In this document: positions 59,417 through 64,000 of the stretch, one piece after another | Layout: each line of letters begins with the position of its first letter | How positions within the stretch are numbered: the first letter of the stretch is position 1 | From: Strigamia acuminata | Lineage: Eukaryota | Direction: 5' to 3' | NCBI GenBank assembly: GCA_949358305.1 | Contig: OX442314.1 | Coordinates: 5,332,001 to 5,396,000, forward strand | Length of the DNA: 64,000 nucleotides | Notes under the pieces: model-generated | Seen by the model: the letters and a program-made list of their open reading frames with translations, nothing else | Databases searched by the model: none | What the model was told of the DNA's origin: nothing | Translations under genes and position numbers: made by a program

Positions 59417-62304
59417 TGCTGCCATCCGGGTCTAATTAACAAATACACTAAAAGTTAATCTAATCACAGGGTAAATGCCGTTTAGGGACTTGTGACTGGG
59501 CTATAGTCTTACCCACGCAGTATGGGGAATTACTGAGCGGGAGGGATGCATACATCACGTAATAAACAAGAAAGGGACTCAGATCAGTTGTCTAGGGGTT
59601 GGGTCACCTATCTTACTGTGCGTTGGTGCCAGTAGGCACGCTACACCGGCGTCCAACCCGTCACACATGGGTGACGTGGTCGGTTGCATTGGACGCACAT
59701 TCTGTCGTACTCACCTGTACGACCCATGTAGCAGTCATCCTGAACCTGCCACTAAAGAGTCACAGTGGTGAATGGTGAGAGCAGCAGAGTTGGCAGTTGT
59801 CTCTGCCATCGTTTGGATCGTGGCAGCTTGCACTAGACATGTCCTTACCTTCGGCTCTCTTAGCAGCGTCTCTCTCTCACCACACCACTCCGCTCGTACC
59901 TCCCCTGCTATGCTGGTCCACTCCTCCGTAAGGGGGACGCCTTGGGGCCACCAGACAGTGTGTGGAGTGATGTAGGCCAAACGGTCACAGACTTATATCT
60001 GGCCGGTAAAATGTCTAGGGGTTAAAATATTAAAAGAGTACAAGGTAAGTATTACAAAGAAACAATAATTTATTCAGTCTAATTTACAAAGATAAATAAG
60101 GATTAAATAGATTGAACTAGGGATAATGAAATGAAATAAAATGAAATGAGACAAGTTGCGAAACAATAGCGGGCGCAGCAACGGCTTGTTGTGCGCACAA
60201 ATGGCGTGAACGGAGTTCTCGTCGTTCGTCTTCTCCCTCGTTTTCTCATATACGACGGCGATGGCTGCAGACTCCGGAGCAACTCACGGTGGTCTGCAGA
60301 CGATGGCGGTGATTCACGTCAAGCAACGGTCCTCTCCTCGACACAGGACAATGAACGCGCATTCATTGACAGCGCGATATGAGTGCTGGCTTTGCAAATT
60401 TTGCAAAGCAAGCATTAGGGGGTTTCATTAATTAAGCAATTTTGTAATTTTGCAACTTTAGCAATTTTGCACTTTTGGATTTGTCACATGATATCAGTTC
60501 CACCAATCATGTGCATAATTGCAAAAACACAAAACAGAAAAAATACACAATCACAAAATCAAAGGTAGTTTTGCTATTTTGGCAAAAATGGCAGCAGCCA
60601 AACTCAATCCAAGTGGCCATCACAAATTGTGATTAATAATTAGTTTCAAAAACAATCTCATAATTTTGCAATTTTGCAATTATTTAAATAGTCACGTGAC
60701 TTCCTATCCACCATATTAGGTTATAATTATATCCAACCAATTTTAAAATGTGATGCAAAAAAACTAGTTCTTATTTGTGTGATGGAACAAAATATTTTTT
60801 AATAAGGTGCATTTTAATAAATACTAGCTGTTCACCCACAAAGCCAAAGTCATAGATCAGACAAATGTATACAACCAAAAATAAAATAAATTTTTGCAAA
60901 ACTAAACCAAACCCATAATAATGCAACCCAAACCCAAACCACACCAAACCAAAACCAATGCCAATCTGGCCAATACCCAAACACAATCAAACCCAAAAGT
61001 TAACCTAAACCCAACGTTAATCCAGCCAATTCAATTTTGGCCCAAACCACTGCAACCTGCTATTTTGTCCTCCTTTATTATTCAACCACTTTTTCCAACT
61101 TTTTCTTATAAATCAACCCAAAAAAGATCGTTTTTTCCAAAATTTAAAGTCAACGGTTAATCCGATCAAAAAGTTATCTGTACCATCGTTTTCAGCGGGA
61201 TTTTCTTCTCTGGAAACCTGTTTTAAACATTTCATTCGGTTAATTTTACGAATTTTTGGTTTTGTCATGGTCGAATCTCGAATCCAAATTCTGCACCAAA
61301 TTTCCAAATTTTCCCATTCGGTCCCCCGCTAAGATGGCCCGAATCGGCACTTTTCCTCGCCCGAATCAAAAAATAAAAAATACAGGCTTGTGCAGAATTG
61401 TCTCCTCTTCAAAATGAGCTTGGTTCCATAATTTTCCGAGCTTATCTTGACATAGAAAACAATAAAAAACGATACGCGACGAACATTTCCGCCTGAATTT
61501 CCATTCGGGCACCCGCTAAAATCGCCCTGAATCGGTACTTTTTTTTACCCGAATCGAAGTATTGAGTTTCCTAGCTGTTATACAGTCATGGATGCATCAG
61601 CATTTTGATGATATACAAGGATACAAGTTGGCCACTTAGATAGAGCTTGGATGCCTCCATTTTGTTTTGAGTTTCACAAGCCTCAAAATCACTTCTTATC
61701 AAAATCACAAAAACTACCTTTTAGATGTTTTTGGGATTTTGTGTTTTCACTCTTTTGTGCTTTAGTGAATGTGAATGTGATTGGTAGAACAGATATCACA
61801 TGACAATACTCAAAAATCACAGAATTGTCCAGATCACACAATTGCAAAATTGACTGGGTTAATTCAATGTAAACTCATTTTTGGAGGCATCAAAAAATAA
61901 TGATTTTGTGATTAATGCAAAATCACAAAATTGCAAAATCATTCATATAATGAAACCCCCTAATGTCTCGAATTGAATCAACTTAACACAGTCAATACTC
62001 GGTTTTTCCAGAGCAGTGACAAGGTTTAGATATCAATTCAAGAGTGTGCTAATTTTGATAATTCCAGCTTGGCACACTTCGGGTCTGCGCAGCAGACCTG
62101 CGCAATTAGCTTAATAGTTGCACCAAAACGGTTAATTAGGGGCTCACCCCAGCCAATTTGGGGTGAGTTGTGCCTAGGGAGTTTGCATTCCCTAGTCACA
62201 TGACTTGGTGTGCCAAACCAAGTAAATTAAGAAATAATAAAAATAAAAATAATATTCTTAAGTGGTGAAACATTTATTTACATAAATACATCAAGATCAC
62301 CACA
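59417..62304. mobile_element. Probable solo LTR (~1.3 kb net) with a nested MITE
   Basis: TG...CA termini and a 4-bp TSD CGGT (59413-59416, 62305-62308). The flanks are contiguous in the paralogous region at ~45160. Confidence 0.65.
60417..61961. mobile_element. Second copy of the AGGGGGTTTCATTA MITE with ~0.7 kb of extra internal sequence
   Basis: Near-identical to 54933-55771 except for ~60825-61560. Confidence 0.8.
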
Positions 62305-62730
62305 CGGTTTCAGCGCCCATTCCTTCAATTCAAAACATGTCATGGTAGCTTCATTTGGGTCCTGTTCTTATAGTTGGGTTTCTATACACTAGAGGAAGGA
62401 CATATAAGCTTTTAATGAAGTTAGATCCAACACTTACTGTAAACTGCTACTTTCTAAATCGATGGAATGTTATATCAATATTCTTGCTGCTTGGATAATT
62501 TTATGAGTTTTACATGCGGTGTTACTAGGGAATAAAAACACGGATCAATTCTGTATTTAACGGTAAATAAAGAGCATAGTTGCCTTGTTTGCTTAAGGAT
62601 ACAACACCAAACAGGCAAGCTCTCACATAGTTTTGAAAAACAATTTGTCAAAGCATCAGATGACGATTGTTGATTGAAAGGCTTAACTCAGCTCAGGTTT
62701 GGCCCCAAATACCGGAACTGCAGAAATATA

Positions 62731-63237
62731 ATGCAGGGAAATCACTTGTTGAGAAGAAATATGCTAAGATTAACCAAACTACGCTCTGCAATTCAACTTA
62801 TGATGAAAGATGATGCCAATAAACCAAACTGCGGTTTAATAGGTCTGGAAGATTTCGTAAACAGTAGAAATCATTGGAGCAGGCGTCACACATCTTGGTT
62901 GTTTTTGCTTCTATTTTGTACATGCATGCTCACTTATCAGGCATACGATAGAGTAATGCATTACTTATGTTATCCTACGGCTGTTGATGTGACGACCAAA
63001 TCGGAAGAGTTTGTGCTACCAGATTTGATGATCTGCAGTGGCAACACAAAAGAATTGGCCAGGCTTTGGAATAAAACTTATGAGAACATCAAGACTACTG
63101 GACCTATTGATTACGGTTCAGTCCCATATGAATGTACAAACATGGTCAAAAATCTGATGGTAAATTCAAATTATGATATGGATGAACTTTGGAGAGCGAC
63201 TAATTTGACCAAAGAGATAGTCGGCATTAAAATGAAG
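62731..63237 (+). CDS. DEG/ENaC exon 1 (N-terminus + TM1), inverted paralog of 17563-18069
   Basis: Same 507-bp length, strongly similar protein, and ends in a GT donor. Confidence 0.8.
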
Positions 63238-63504
63238 GTAGAAAAAATAAAAAATATTTTTATAAATAATTAGTCTTAATTTAATTCGTTTAGGGATTTA
63301 CAAACAAAACAGCTGTTCTGACGGAAACTGACACTTCATATGGAATATGCTCAACATTTCAATTTTGTAACTATAAACAAAAAAAAAAGAATGTGTGCTT
63401 AAGACCACACGGTAGACGTTAAACTTCTTGACATGTAAATTGTAATTTTGTAATCTTAATTTGTAAATTTCAGTACTCTGAGACCAAAATAATTTTATTT
63501 TTGG

Positions 63505-63792
63505 GCCAAAATTATTGTTTTTTCCCAAAAATCATTTTGTTTTTTTCCAAAAATTATTTTGTTTTTTCCCAAAAATCATTTTGTTTTTTCCTAAAAATCA
63601 TTTTGTTTTTTACCAAAAATCATTTTGTTTTTTATCAAAAATTATTTTGTTTTTTACCAAAAATTATTTTCTTTTTTACCAAAAATCATTTTGTTTTTTA
63701 CCAAAAATTATTTTGTTTTTTACCAAAAATCATTTTGTTTTTTACCAAAAATCATTTTGTTTTTTACCAAAAATCATTTTGTTTTTTACCAA
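63505..63792. repeat. 22-bp minisatellite (TTTTTACCAAAAATCATTTTGT)n
   Basis: About 13 tandem, slightly degenerate copies. Confidence 0.9.
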
Positions 63793-64000
63793 CACACAAC
63801 AGCTAATTTTTGGTCCAAAAACTAACCACGTTATAGATCACGAGATATCAAACGAGATGTGTTACCAAAAACGCGATTATGCAGGCAAACAGTATGCATA
63901 ATCGCGACGTCGTAGCTAAGAATATCGCGTGTATTATTGAGGCCCGACGTGATCATGTTTTATTCCAGTTTCCCCAGAGACAGCAGTGCTTTTCGTGACA

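Noticed and set aside
58478..59425. GTGRD-repeat ORFs
   Set aside because: These are translations of hAT MITE subterminal repeats.
63501..63901. F/K-rich ORFs (also 32966-33345 and 15413-15722)
   Set aside because: Minisatellite or low-complexity artefacts.

Overview
AT-rich eukaryotic DNA with spliceosomal introns, probably from an invertebrate animal, and dominated by nested transposons. (1) 1-10.3 kb: a decayed ISL2EU/Harbinger-type element (YqaJ exonuclease on +, THAP-HTH-DDE transposase on -). It is hit by a BEL solo LTR and by a full BEL/Pao retrotransposon. (2) The only clear host gene is a DEG/ENaC-type channel gene on the minus strand (~11.1-18.1 kb). It has a tandem paralog at ~53.5-58.0 kb and an inverted exon-1 copy at 62.7 kb. 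One exon carries TM2 of one channel subunit followed in frame by TM1 of a second, which implies a natural two-subunit concatemer. (3) 18.6-43.2 kb is a four-level nest: BEL/Pao > large Gypsy > Tc1-like DD37E transposon > piggyBac-type MITE. The Gypsy has ~1 kb LTRs, a ~1030-aa Gag and a clear -1 frameshift cassette. It also has an array of three bulged-A hairpins and a large, apparently spliced, non-Env accessory ORF of unknown function. (4) 45.2-51.5 kb: a second Gypsy carrying a foldback Mutator-like element with a Ulp1-protease/PHD ORF. Many MITEs and one more solo LTR are also present. Boundaries and TSDs were read by eye and no database searches were run.
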